DNA from: an uncultured delta proteobacterium
GTDB lineage: Bacteria > Myxococcota_A > UBA9160 > UBA4427
Length of the DNA: 64,000 nucleotides
Direction: 5' to 3'
NCBI GenBank assembly: GCA_963822965.1
Contig: CAWGJT010000007.1
Span: 32,001-96,000, forward strand
The notes beneath the pieces are model-generated. The model was not told where the DNA came from. It saw only the letters and a list, made by a program, of their open reading frames with translations, and made no database searches. Of the stretch, positions 20,563 through 30,530 are shown one piece after another. The translations under genes and the position numbers were made by a program. Within the stretch, counting starts at the first letter, position 1. Each line of letters opens with the position of its first letter.

Positions 20563-20728
20563 AGGTCCGGCCGGAAAGCGCGACCTTGCATTCGAGCGCC
20601 CCCGCGGCGCCCTGGCTGCGTTCCGCTCCCGTCGCCGTAGCTTCGGCTACGCCTCGGTCGCGCGCCTTGCCAGGACGCCGCGGATGACGCTCTCGGTGCC
20701 GCGGTACACTTTCCGCCCGGGCCTCTAG
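20559..20728. mobile_element. CTAG-bounded hairpin MITE-like element, copy 2
   Basis: Ends CTAGAGGTCCGGCCGGAAAG / CTTTCCGCCCGGGCCTCTAG (18/20 inverted match); core shared with 6907-7073. Confidence 0.75.
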
Positions 20729-21031
20729 CCCTGATCCGTCGTACGGATCCGGGCGCCTCGCCTCGCCATGCTCGTTCTGCCGAGCTTCGAGCAGAACATT
20801 CACCCTCCTGACGCTCGAATCCATGCCTTCGGAGCCCGATCTACTGGGATCTGGGAATATTCGGGCTCTTCCCTACCAGGCTAGGGTGAGTTCCGACCTG
20901 GAGGCCCGAGGGGACCGCTTCCTTCGAGTCGCCGCGGGCGGAGTTCCGCACCCCCGGTCGCTTGTTCTTGCGCACGCTCGAAATCGATCGAGCAGGAACC
21001 GCTCGCCCATCGGGTCGAGCAAGGAGAGCAC

Positions 21032-21353
21032 ATGAAGAGGATTGGGGCTGCGAGCGCGCTCTTGATCGGCGTCATCAGCGTCTCGGGGTGCATGATCGTC
21101 GATACGCCGGTCATGGGCGTGCTGGGTAGCCGGGTCCGATGGGGCGAGTTCGCCCAGGGAGACGACAAGGCCCGGTCAGAAAGAGGGAAAGGCCTGCATG
21201 GGAACCATTCTGGGCCTGATCGCCAAGGGTGATGCCAGCGTCAGGGCCGCGAAGATCGACGGAGGAATCACCGAGGTCTCCGTCGTCGATCACTCCGCAA
21301 GGAACTTTCTGAACATCGTGGGGGAGTACTGCACGGTGGTCAGAGGAACCTGA
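21032..21353 (+). CDS. TRL-like family lipoprotein (frameshifted)
   Basis: AAGGAG RBS, VSGC lipobox; second frame GKACMGTILGLIAKGDASVRAAKIDGGITEVSVVD...YCTVVRG; shift near 21180. Confidence 0.75.
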
Positions 21354-21398
21354 CCGTCCGTGCCCGCGGCGGGGTCGCTGGACCCCATCACGCCCCCA

Positions 21399-22191
21399 TC
21401 ACGCCATGGAGCGGCGCCCGCTGCCTTTCCGGCAGACCAGCAGGATTTCGTCGACGCCATCGCAGGCGATCATGCCGGACCGGAGCGCGAGCTTCTTCTG
21501 GAAGCGGACGCCTAGAGGCATCAGCACCCGGTTGTACCACCACATCGCCTTCTCCCGCCGGTGCAGCAGAAACCACATCCCGAGATCGACCAGGTGCGAC
21601 GATCTCGGCTGCATCCCGTAGGCGGCACTCCGCTCCACCGAGAAGTCGTGCTCCGCGAGCTTGTCGAGCAAGCTGCTCCGGCTCGTAGCGGCGCTGGTGA
21701 CCGACCAACTCGTCGAACGCATTCCAACGCGACGGGTGGAGGGGCACCGAGAGAAGCAGCGCCGCTCCCGGCGCGGCCACGCGAGACAGCTCCGCCAGCG
21801 CTCCATCCCCGTCGTCGACGTGTTCGACGATGTCGAGGGCGCACACGAGCTCGAAGGCGCCATCGGGAAAGGGAATCGACGTCACGAGGCCGAGGACGGC
21901 GTTCGCGCCGCGCTGTCGTAGCTTCACGAGCGCCGGCGCACTGACGTCGACGAAGTGCGTGCCTTCGATCGGAAGGCGTGGTCTCAGCCCCGGGCCGACT
22001 TCGAGCCGGCGCTGTCCCTGCGCGGCGATGGACCCCACCAGCGGCCACGTGTTGAAGCGCTCCGGCTCGACCAGCCGCGCGTCCCTCCACAGCGCATCAT
22101 AGAACCGACGGTTCGCGTTCAGGTCTTCCGGAGCGGCTCCCTCCCGCGGCGCCCTTTCTTCGTCAGCCCGTGCGGACGCAAGGCTTGCCAT
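21399..22191 (-). CDS. Class I SAM-dependent methyltransferase (frameshifted)
   Basis: LEVGPG, FELVCALDIVEHVDD, GHQRRY; shift near 21670. Confidence 0.85.
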
Positions 22192-23000
22192 CAGCGTGCC
22201 GCAGGCTCAGCAGTTCGGACACCGTCACGCATTGCAGCCCTTCTTCGCGTAGGCCTCGCAGGATCGTCGGTACGGCCTGCGCGCAAGCGGGTCGATGTTG
22301 CCCGGGCCGGTCGTGTCCGTCGTGCATCAGCACGATGTCTCCCGGCCGGATCCTCTTCAGCACGGATCTGCGCGATCCGCTTCGGATCGGCGCTGTGCGT
22401 GTCATGGCTGTGCAGCGACCAGGCCACCAGGGTCAGCTCGCGCCGAGATGCGACCCGCGCCAGCTGCGGGCTCTTGAGGCCGATCGGAGGCCGATACAGG
22501 GGCCTTGCCTGGCTTCCGGTCACCGCCGCGATCGCCTGCTCGCCGCGCTCGATCTCCCGGGTATGTCCGGCTGCGCCGAAGAAATTCTGCCAGCGCGAGT
22601 GTCTCCAGGAGTGATTTCCCAGCTCATGCCCTTCCGCAACCACGCGTCGAGCCAGCTGTGGATGCTTCTCGAGAGATCGGCCGATACTGAAGAAGGTCGC
22701 GGACGCCTCGTGCCGTGCCAGCGAGTCCAGAACTGCCGGTGTCACCTCGGGATCCGGTCCGTCGTCGAAAGTCAGCGCCACGCGTCTTCTGTCGCGCGGT
22801 CCCCGCGTCACGGTCGGGTAGAAGACCGTGGAGCCCGGTCGCGCGACGCCGTCGGCAAGCAGCGCGAGGAACCCTGCGGAAGGGATTCCCAGGGTGAATG
22901 CCGAGAACCCGTAAGCGCCCACGGCGCCGGCGGTCACGGCGGCGTAGGCGAAGGCCAGGGTCTCGGCGCGGGTGAAGGTCAGCAAGGCTGCGCCATCCAT
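22163..23000 (-). CDS. Polysaccharide deacetylase, NodB family (frameshifted)
   Basis: ALTFDDGP, HELGNHSWRH, YRPPIG, GDIVLMHD in second frame. Confidence 0.9.
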
Positions 23001-23021
23001 GCGCTCATGCGCCGGCTCGGC

Positions 23022-23768
23022 TCATGCCGACGTCCGCCATGCCGCCCGCCGTCGCAGGAGCCCCGGTGCGCGCGAGAGCATTCCGATCGCGAGGCGCGTG
23101 TAGAGCCACGTGAGTCGCAGGTCGTCCCAGATCACATCGAAGTGCGAGACTCCACCCGGGAAGTAGCGAACCCGTGTCGCCACGTTCAAAACGGGCACGC
23201 CCATCCAGACGAGCCGGACCGCCAGCTCGGGCTCGAAGTCCATCCGTCGGCCCATCGACACATGATCGATCAGGGATAGGACGGGCCCGAGCGGAACGCA
23301 TCGGAAGCCACACAGGGGGTCGCGCACGGCTCGCGAGAGGGTCGCGAGCCACACCAGGCCCACCGAGAGCTTTCGGCCGTAGAGGCGACTCCGCGGGACG
23401 TCGTCGCCGAAGATCGGCTGGCCGAGTACGAGCGAGTTGGGGTTGGCCTGCGCCTCGGCGACGAAGCGCCGCACATCGGTGGGGTCGTGCTGAGCATCGG
23501 CATCCAGCTGGATCGCGTGGGTGAAGCCGCGCTCTGCCGCCGCGCGGTAACCCGTCACGAGCGCCGCGCCCTTGCCCTGGTTGACCGCGTGGCAGCGGAT
23601 GTCGACCCACGCGAAGTCGCGGGCGATGCGATCGAGCGTCGCGCACGTGGTCGGGCCACTGCCATCGTTCACGATCAGGAGCGGGAGGTCTGCGCTTGCG
23701 AGCGACTCGACGACGCGAAGGATGGTCGAGCCGTGGTCGTAGATCGGGATGAGGAGACAGGGGTTCAT
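23022..23768 (-). CDS. Glycosyltransferase family 2
   Basis: LLIPIYDH, IVNDGS, NQGKGAA, QLDADAQH, DPLCGFR. Confidence 0.9.
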   Translation of the reverse strand: MNPCLLIPIYDHGSTILRVVESLASADLPLLIVNDGSGPTTCATLDRIARDFAWVDIRCHAVNQGKGAALVTGYRAAAERGFTHAIQLDADAQHDPTDVRRFVAEAQANPNSLVLGQPIFGDDVPRSRLYGRKLSVGLVWLATLSRAVRDPLCGFRCVPLGPVLSLIDHVSMGRRMDFEPELAVRLVWMGVPVLNVATRVRYFPGGVSHFDVIWDDLRLTWLYTRLAIGMLSRAPGLLRRRAAWRTSA

Positions 23769-24402
23769 GCGTCCCGTCCCGGTGTCCCGGGCGGCCATTC
23801 GAGTCTGGTTGAGTCCTTGTCGCCAGAGGGGAAGGCCTGGGCTCCGTACGCCCCGCGACGGCCGCGACGACGCTTCGAGCGATCGGCGCGAGCCTCGCCA
23901 GATCCCGCGAGCGCGACGCCCAGAGCCGACCGTCTGCGTCTGGATGGGGACCTGCACTTGGACGGCCTTCGCGAGGAAGATCGCGATCGAGCAGAGCAGA
24001 AGCGTGCAGAGCAGGACGAACATAGGACATCTCTCGTCCCCTTCAGCCTTCGGAGAAGGGCCAAGGAGATGCAGGAAGACCATTCTAAACCCACTGGAAG
24101 TGGTTGGATATCCCCGATTCCGTTGGGATCAGCCGGCCAGAAATGTGGATTCGCCGCCAGGGCGGGGACCTTCGATCCGGCTGGCCTCGAGGCAACGGGT
24201 ACTCGCGGCCAGCCAGCTTGCCAGCCCGCACCGCGTCAGCCCGATCCCGTTCCGCAGGGAGCCAGGGTGGGTCCCGCGGTCGAAAACACCTGTTTCGGGC
24301 GATGGCTTTTGCCCGGATCCGGGGATGGTCCAGCGAGCGCCCTCTCCGCCACCCTCCCACCCGGAAAGCCAAGGAGCTTCTCAGGAGTTCTCAGGAGTAG
24401 GA

Positions 24403-24918
24403 ATGATGAGAGAGACGACAGGACGCCGTGACCCCGTCTCGCCCCGGGCGCGCCCTCGGGCTCGATCCCGACTTCACGGAACGCGCATCCTGTATGTGGA
24501 TGACGAGGTCATGCTGCGGCGCGCAGTCACACGCGTGCTGCGCGGCGCGGGTGCGGTTGCCGTCTGCGCGGGTACGCACGACCAGGCCATCATGCTGCTC
24601 GCCTTCGAACCCCTGCTCGACCTGGCGATTCTCGACTTCCACATGCCCGACGGCGATGTGGGCAACCTGGTGCGCCGCTTGCTCATGCAGCGGCCGGACC
24701 TGACCGTGGTCGGGACGAGTGCGTTGGATCGGCGCTCCGAGTTCGCTGCGCGCGGGATCGACACTTTTCTCCCCAAGCCCTGGTCTCTCCACGACCTGCT
24801 TCTCGCCACAGGTTCGCGGCGCCGCCCGGCCGGCCTCCGTGAGCCGAAATTCCCAGACTCGCCTCGCTCAGTCCCGGCGTCCGGGGATGGGCTCCCCGCC
24901 GCAACCCGTCAGACCTGA
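24403..24918 (+). CDS. Single-domain response regulator (receiver)
   Basis: RILYVDDE, AILDFHMPDGD, FLPKPW. Confidence 0.8.
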   Translation: MMRETTGRRDPVSPRARPRARSRLHGTRILYVDDEVMLRRAVTRVLRGAGAVAVCAGTHDQAIMLLAFEPLLDLAILDFHMPDGDVGNLVRRLLMQRPDLTVVGTSALDRRSEFAARGIDTFLPKPWSLHDLLLATGSRRRPAGLREPKFPDSPRSVPASGDGLPAATRQT

Positions 24919-25050
24919 CTGTGGACGCAACCCAGGGAGGCGCGTCCGCGGATACTCGCTTCCAGCGGCCGAAGTCCCCGGATCCCCCGATGCCGGGACC
25001 GGCAATCGCAAGGTAGCTTTCGGACTCTTCGTCGAGGAGCACAGCCTCTC

Positions 25051-25242
25051 ATGCCGCTCGTCCAACTCGTCATCACGTTGATCGTGGTCGGAGTCCTTCT
25101 GTGGCTCGTCAACAGCTACGTGCCGATGGACTCGAAGATCAAGAGCATCCTGAACATCGTGGTGGTGATCGTCGTCGTGCTCTGGCTGCTGAGCGTCTTC
25201 GGCGTCCTTTCGGGGATCAGCGGGCTGCGGGTCGGGACGTAG
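25051..25242 (+). CDS. Small membrane protein (Thivi_2564-like)
   Basis: GAGGAG RBS; MPLVQLVITLIVVGVLLWLVNSYVPM...ILNIVVVIVVVLWLL. Confidence 0.85.
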   Translation: MPLVQLVITLIVVGVLLWLVNSYVPMDSKIKSILNIVVVIVVVLWLLSVFGVLSGISGLRVGT

Positions 25243-25736
25243 GCAGCCGCCCTGTCGGACGACCGGATCCGTGGGGGGCGTGGTGCTCGTCATCTTGGTC
25301 GTACTGGATCTTTGCTGGGCCGACCGTAGACGCTCGCAACCGAACGACGGGCGTCGATGCAGACGAGGCGACGGACGCGCTTGGCGGACGCGTCGCGAAT
25401 GCCGGGCGAATCGCAGAGACGCGCGTCCGAGGGAATCCACGATCTCCGGTTTCCGAATCCATGGATCCAACGATTCCGGGCGCCTACCCGCTGCGGCTAT
25501 CGTTTTGTTCCCCGAACGAACGGAATACAACGCGGACGGAGCAAGAGATGCCCGTAGGTACATCTTGGATGTTCTCGCCTCATCGCTGGAAGTCGGATCT
25601 CGCGCCGCCCAGGCCCGGCTTGTCCTTCCAGTCGGCGATGCCGGTGCCGACGGAGCTCGGACTTCTCGGCGGCGAGCTTCTCTTCACGCAGGTCACGCAG
25701 GCGACCCGACGTCGCCGACGAATCTAGTCGACTGCC

Positions 25737-26453
25737 GTGGAAGACCTCTCACTGGCAATCGTCGACATCGCAGGCCTCCGTCTCGCTGAGTCTCCCGACC
25801 TGCAATCTACCGTCGTCACGAACCTCACCTGGCGTGTCACCTCGCAATCGCTGTACGCGGCGACGAAGCGCACTCTCGACGTGACTCTGGCCTCCTTCGC
25901 GCTGTGTCTGCTTGGTCCGCTCCTGTTGCTGATCGCCGCGTTGATCAAGCTGGAGGACGGAGGCCCGGTTCTGTTCTCGCAGATGCGCGCGGGGCTCGGT
26001 GGGAGGGCGTTCCGGTTCTACAAGTTTCGCTCGATGTGCGCGGATGCCGAGATTCAGTGGGGCGCGCTGCGCGCCACGCAGGAGAGCGGCTCGCCACGCT
26101 TCAACAAGATGGCGCGCGACCCGCGCGTGACGCGCACTGGACGTTGGATCCGTCGGTTCAGTCTGGACGAAATCCCCCAGCTCTGGAACGTGGTCCTGGG
26201 CGACCTGTCCCTCGTAGGTCCGCGCCCGGCGTTGCTCGAGGAAGTGGCGGAGTACGAGCCCCACCATCGTGGGCGCCTGGCCGTCGCCCAGGGTGTGACG
26301 TGCACTTGGCAGGTGGGTGGGCGCTCGTTGATCCCCTTCGAGCAGCAGGTCGAGTTGGATCTCGACTACATCCGCACGCGGAGCCTGCTCCTCGACGTGC
26401 AAATCCTCCTCCGCACGGTGCCCGCGGTTCTGAGCGGGCGTGGCGCCCACTAG
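25737..26453 (+). CDS. Bacterial sugar transferase (priming phosphoglycosyltransferase, catalytic domain only)
   Basis: KRTLD, YKFRSM, DPRVT, SLDEIPQLWNV, LVGPRP. Confidence 0.9.
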   Translation: MEDLSLAIVDIAGLRLAESPDLQSTVVTNLTWRVTSQSLYAATKRTLDVTLASFALCLLGPLLLLIAALIKLEDGGPVLFSQMRAGLGGRAFRFYKFRSMCADAEIQWGALRATQESGSPRFNKMARDPRVTRTGRWIRRFSLDEIPQLWNVVLGDLSLVGPRPALLEEVAEYEPHHRGRLAVAQGVTCTWQVGGRSLIPFEQQVELDLDYIRTRSLLLDVQILLRTVPAVLSGRGAH

Positions 26454-26619
26454 GAGCCTGGCCACGATCTGCGAATCAGCCCATTCGGTGCGTAGACTCC
26501 CTGGATCGCCGGATACCGACGACCTCTCTTTCGATGCAACATACGATCGAAGTGCTCCGCCGAACCAACCATCGCGGCGGAGGCAGCGGCTCTCGCAGAT
26601 GGATATCGAGGTAATACCA

Positions 26620-26964
26620 ATGAATCGGAAAGTCGGGAATGTTCTGATATTCGTTGCAGTGTGCGTGCTCTCTGCCGCCGTGCCGGCAGTCTGCATGGCT
26701 GGCGATACCAAGCCTCCCACTGCGATGGAAAAGACCGGGGACTACATCGGGGATTCGGCGCTCACAGCCAAGGTCAAGACGGCACTTCTGGCCGAGAAAA
26801 ATCTCAAGTCGCTCCCGATCGGCGTGGAGTCCACCGATGGCGTCGTCACGCTGTCCGGCGAAGTCGTGTCCTCTGCCCAGATCAAGCAGGCCGTGGATGT
26901 GGCGAAGCATGTCGACGGCGTGAGGGACGTGCACAATTCGCTCACGGTGGTGAAGAAGAAGTAG
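26620..26964 (+). CDS. Single-BON-domain OsmY-like protein
   Basis: Signal peptide; DSALTAKVKTALL...GVVTLSGEV...VDGVRDVHN. Confidence 0.9.
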   Translation: MNRKVGNVLIFVAVCVLSAAVPAVCMAGDTKPPTAMEKTGDYIGDSALTAKVKTALLAEKNLKSLPIGVESTDGVVTLSGEVVSSAQIKQAVDVAKHVDGVRDVHNSLTVVKKK

Positions 26965-27415
26965 GACGATCGCCGGAGCGGGCCGTCCCTGGCACTTAAC
27001 GCCATGGACACCCTCCCCCATTATTTGCCCGCCCGGTGCTCTGCTGCTCAGCAGGACTCGAGAAACGAGTCCTGCTGAGCAGCTGTCGTTTGTGGCGGCC
27101 GATGCGGATCTCCGGCCCCCGAGAGCTGCCCCGTCCCGCTTCCGACTTCGACCGGCCGAGTCGGCGCAAGCCCGGGGACCACCGCCTCGAATGCCCGGTT
27201 CACGCGCGCGATATACCGCGTTCCGAGGATTTCGGTCGTGGGCCAGGCGTGCGATCGTTGGTCCGTGGTCGGTGTGGGTCCGCGAAGGGCATGTGGATTC
27301 CATCGAGCTTCGAGCCTCGGCCTTGCGGAGAGCGCTGGCGACGAAGAGCGGCGAGGTGGGTCACCTCAGCCGCTCTGGCGATTCGTGCCGAATTCATCCA
27401 GACGAGGAGACGACA

Positions 27416-27763
27416 ATGGAAGCGCAGGAGACCGCGATCACCCCCGGCCACGCTCATGGAACACTCGAGCGTGCTGTCGATCATGCAACCGAGGGTGCGC
27501 ATCACAAGATCGATGCGATGAGCAGTAGCGGGAAGCCGGCGGTCGATCGCATGGCAGCCAGTGCACACGAGGCCGTAGACAAGGTCTCGAGTGTCGCCAG
27601 CCACGCGGTCGAGACGCTCGACGTGAAGGGCGAGCAGCTGCACGCGGCCGAGAAGCGGTTGGTTGCGGGTACACGTCAATACGTCAAGGAGCATCCGGTG
27701 ACTTCGATCGGGATCGCGATTGCAACCGGGTACGTCCTCAGCCGCATCTTCGCATCTCGCTAG
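27416..27763 (+). CDS. DUF883 (ElaB/YqjD-like) membrane-anchored protein
   Basis: GAGGAG RBS; C-terminal YVKEHPVTSIGIAIATGYVL. Confidence 0.85.
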   Translation: MEAQETAITPGHAHGTLERAVDHATEGAHHKIDAMSSSGKPAVDRMAASAHEAVDKVSSVASHAVETLDVKGEQLHAAEKRLVAGTRQYVKEHPVTSIGIAIATGYVLSRIFASR

Positions 27764-27774
27764 GACCCCGCGGC

Positions 27775-28230
27775 ATGGGGACGGCAGACGGAACGAGCAC
27801 GAGCATCTCCGAGGTGCGCAGCGATCCTGCCCCGCCCGCTTCCGGTCTGCTCGACGATGCTCTGTTGCTCACCCATGAGCTGCGCGCGACGCTGTGCGAC
27901 CAGTTGTCCCTCGCGGGCTACGAGGCGCAACTGGCCGCACGGAGTCTGACCGCGATGGTCGCGGCTGCCGTCGGGATCGGAGTGCTGCTGGTTTCCGCCT
28001 GGTTGGGACTGATGGCCGCCGGAACCTTCGCACTGATCGACCTGGGGCTTGCGCCTGCCGTCGCCATGCTCATCGGGGCCGCGCTCAACCTGATTGCACT
28101 GCTCGTGCCCTATGAGATGATTCGCCGCAAGAGCCGCAATCTGGCCTTCCCTGCGACGCGTCGTACGATGCAGCCGGCCTCACCGCGTGGCCATGAGAGC
28201 GACGGTAGCGACGAGAGAAGGGCCGCATGA
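27775..28230 (+). CDS. YqjE-like (phage holin superfamily) membrane protein
   Basis: Two TM segments, FPATRR tail, position directly after DUF883. Confidence 0.7.
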   Translation: MGTADGTSTSISEVRSDPAPPASGLLDDALLLTHELRATLCDQLSLAGYEAQLAARSLTAMVAAAVGIGVLLVSAWLGLMAAGTFALIDLGLAPAVAMLIGAALNLIALLVPYEMIRRKSRNLAFPATRRTMQPASPRGHESDGSDERRAA

Positions 28231-28574
28231 TCTGGAAGGAAGCCGCTGAAGCTCCGCCGCCTCTGCATCTCCGGATCCACGTAGTCGAGCAACGGCTCCT
28301 CGAACGTCGACAGCGCATCGGGAGGGTAGCGGCGAGCTTCGGACCGAAGGTTCGCGCTCGAATGGGCTCTCCCGAGATGCTCATCGCGGCAGTCGGGTTC
28401 GGTGTGTTCCTGCATCGGAGCAGACGTCTGAACAGAGTTCGCCGAGCCTGGTCGTTGGTGACCGTGCTCAACGCAGCCTATGCGAGCAGCTCAGTCGTGA
28501 CGACCCTGTCGTCCTGGGTGGGCCATGCGCGCGCCACCCCGCCGAGCGCCGATCGTCCCCAGTCCCGGGGCTGA
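28227..28574 (+). CDS. Hypothetical protein (YqjK-like position)
   Basis: ATGA overlap with previous gene; one hydrophobic segment. Confidence 0.55.
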   Translation: MIWKEAAEAPPPLHLRIHVVEQRLLERRQRIGRVAASFGPKVRARMGSPEMLIAAVGFGVFLHRSRRLNRVRRAWSLVTVLNAAYASSSVVTTLSSWVGHARATPPSADRPQSRG

Positions 28575-28608
28575 GGGCGGGGCGAGCCCCGGCAACACCA
28601 GGACAGAG

Positions 28609-29802
28609 ATGAAGGCATCCCCGATCTCCCTCCGCTTGGTCCTCGTGGGAGGAGCGACATTCGCATTCATCCAATCGTTTTCCCTGCTGTCTCCCATTCT
28701 GCTGTCGCTCATTCTCGTTCTGCTGATTTCACTGGCAGTCAATCCCGCGATCGCGCCAATTCGAGCTCTGACCGGGGGTCGAAGGAGGGCGACGGCGCTG
28801 GCTGCGGCGACTCTGGTCGGGGTCGTTGCTTTGACGGGATGGGCGCTGCTCGGGCCGATGAAGGAGTCGGTCGCGAACCTCATGGAAGAGTTGCCAGGCT
28901 ACTGGGAGCATCTGCAGAAGCCCCTGATCAAGATGGAGCAACAGGCCTTGCTCTCCGAGGGAAAGCTGCAGGCGGAAGTCAGCACCGAGATCTCTGAGGA
29001 CGCCGCGGCGCTGGGTGCGCCCAAAAGTGCGCAACCCGCCACGAAACCGGCTCCGCCACAGACTACCAATGAGCCGGCATACATTCGTTCCCGCTTGGGC
29101 CAGATGGCCCAGGACGTGGTCGGCAGCTTCTCGGCCCTGGCATTCAACGGAGCTCAAATGCTGCTCGTTCTGGTGACGGTGTTCTTCGGCGTGATCTTCA
29201 CATTGATGGACCCCCGCCCGATTTTCGGAGCGATCTTCTCCCTGGTGCCCGAGCGCCATCATGGCCAGGCCGTGGTCATCATGGGGCGCATCGGGAAGTT
29301 CGTGCCCGGCTGGGCGGGGGCGACGCTACTCGGGATGGTGGCAATCGGCTCACTGGTCTTCCTGCTCATGTTGCCGATCTTCGGCTTCATGGACGCTCTG
29401 GGGCTGGGTTTGATCGCGGGCGTTCTGGAGGCGGTTCCGTTTCTGGGCCCGCTGCTCAGCGCGGTGCCCGCTCTCCTGATCGCTCTCGGCGAAGGAGGCA
29501 TGACCATTCTCTGGGTCGTGCTTGCCTACATCGCAGTCCACGCCATCGAGAACAACGTGGTTCTGCCGTTCGTCATGGCGCGCGGCATGCGATTGCACCC
29601 GGTGGCGGTGATCTTCTCCACGCTACTGTGCGTCGCCGCCTTCGGCGTGTTGGGTGTTCTCGTCGCGGCCCCCCTGGTTGCGATCGTGAGCATCGTGCAC
29701 GACGAGCTCTATCGGAAGCGGTTCCTTCCCACGACGACGGACGCCGATCTGGATCGTCTGGCTCGCGAGGCGCTGCACGAGGAGCGGCTCGTCGCCAGGT
29801 AA
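28609..29802 (+). CDS. AI-2E family transporter
   Basis: Multi-TM; AVPFLGP, IENNVVLP, LHPVAV, GVLGVLVAAPL. Confidence 0.9.
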   Translation: MKASPISLRLVLVGGATFAFIQSFSLLSPILLSLILVLLISLAVNPAIAPIRALTGGRRRATALAAATLVGVVALTGWALLGPMKESVANLMEELPGYWEHLQKPLIKMEQQALLSEGKLQAEVSTEISEDAAALGAPKSAQPATKPAPPQTTNEPAYIRSRLGQMAQDVVGSFSALAFNGAQMLLVLVTVFFGVIFTLMDPRPIFGAIFSLVPERHHGQAVVIMGRIGKFVPGWAGATLLGMVAIGSLVFLLMLPIFGFMDALGLGLIAGVLEAVPFLGPLLSAVPALLIALGEGGMTILWVVLAYIAVHAIENNVVLPFVMARGMRLHPVAVIFSTLLCVAAFGVLGVLVAAPLVAIVSIVHDELYRKRFLPTTTDADLDRLAREALHEERLVAR

Positions 29803-29958
29803 CTGTGTCTCTTCGGTCTACGACGCTGGGGCGAAACGGGACGGTGTCGAATTGCGACGCGGAACGCCGCGCATGGCCCAGGCGAGACTGCTATCGTCGA
29901 GTCGAACGCGCGAAGAATGCAACGAGCAACGAGCAACGAGCAACGAGAGGAGCAGACC

Positions 29959-30147
29959 ATGGCAAGCGGAAAAATCGATCAAGTGAAGGGACGCGTGAAG
30001 GAAGCGGCGGGCGTGCTGACCGGCGACGAGAAGCTGGAGCGCGAAGGAAAGGCAGATCAGTCTGCCGGCAAGCTCAAGGAGCGTGTCGAGAAGGTCAAGA
30101 AATCGGCCGACAAGGCCATCGATGACGTAAAGGACGCGCTCAGCTGA
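29959..30147 (+). CDS. csbD: CsbD-family stress protein
   Basis: GAGGAG RBS; DQVKGRVKEAAGVLTGDEKLEREGKADQ. Confidence 0.9.
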   Translation: MASGKIDQVKGRVKEAAGVLTGDEKLEREGKADQSAGKLKERVEKVKKSADKAIDDVKDALS

Positions 30148-30255
30148 GTCTGCGTCGGGAAGAGCTTTTCGAAGTGCGAGCTGCCCGCCGTCGGGTGGCT
30201 CGCCAGCGTTGGTGGATCCACCAACGGAACTGCGCGGCGGGTGGAGGGGGTACGA

Positions 30256-30408
30256 ATGCTCGAGACCATCGCGATTGTCCTGATCGTCTTGTGGTTGGTT
30301 GGGCTACTCAGCTCCTACACGATGGGTGGACTGATCCACGTCCTTCTGGTGATCGCGCTCATCGTGATCGTGGTTCGCGTGATCCAGGGCCGGAGGCCTG
30401 TGGGATGA
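30256..30408 (+). CDS. lmo0937-family small membrane protein (50 aa, absent from the ORF track)
   Basis: MLETIAIVLIVLWLVGLLSSYTMGGLIHVLLVIALIVIVVRVIQGRRPVG. Confidence 0.9.
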   Translation: MLETIAIVLIVLWLVGLLSSYTMGGLIHVLLVIALIVIVVRVIQGRRPVG

Positions 30409-30440
30409 CGAGATGACCTGCGGGCGCTCTCGCCCCGAGA

Positions 30441-30504
30441 CGAGTCCGGCCTCGAGGAGCCGACAGATCTCGTCGACGTCGGGATGATTCGGCGTGTAGC
30501 AGAC
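30441..30504. repeat. 64-bp direct repeat of 4366-4429 (internal to the oxidoreductase gene)
   Basis: 61/64 identity; all three differences synonymous in VCYTPNHPDVDEICRLLEAGL. Confidence 0.9.
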
Positions 30505-30530
30505 CACGTGTCTCGGGACGCGCAGCACGC

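Noticed and set aside
23769..24083. N-terminal TM extension of the GT2
   Set aside because: In frame but low-complexity and Arg-rich; the family motif begins at MNPCLLIP. A separate small peptide cannot be excluded.
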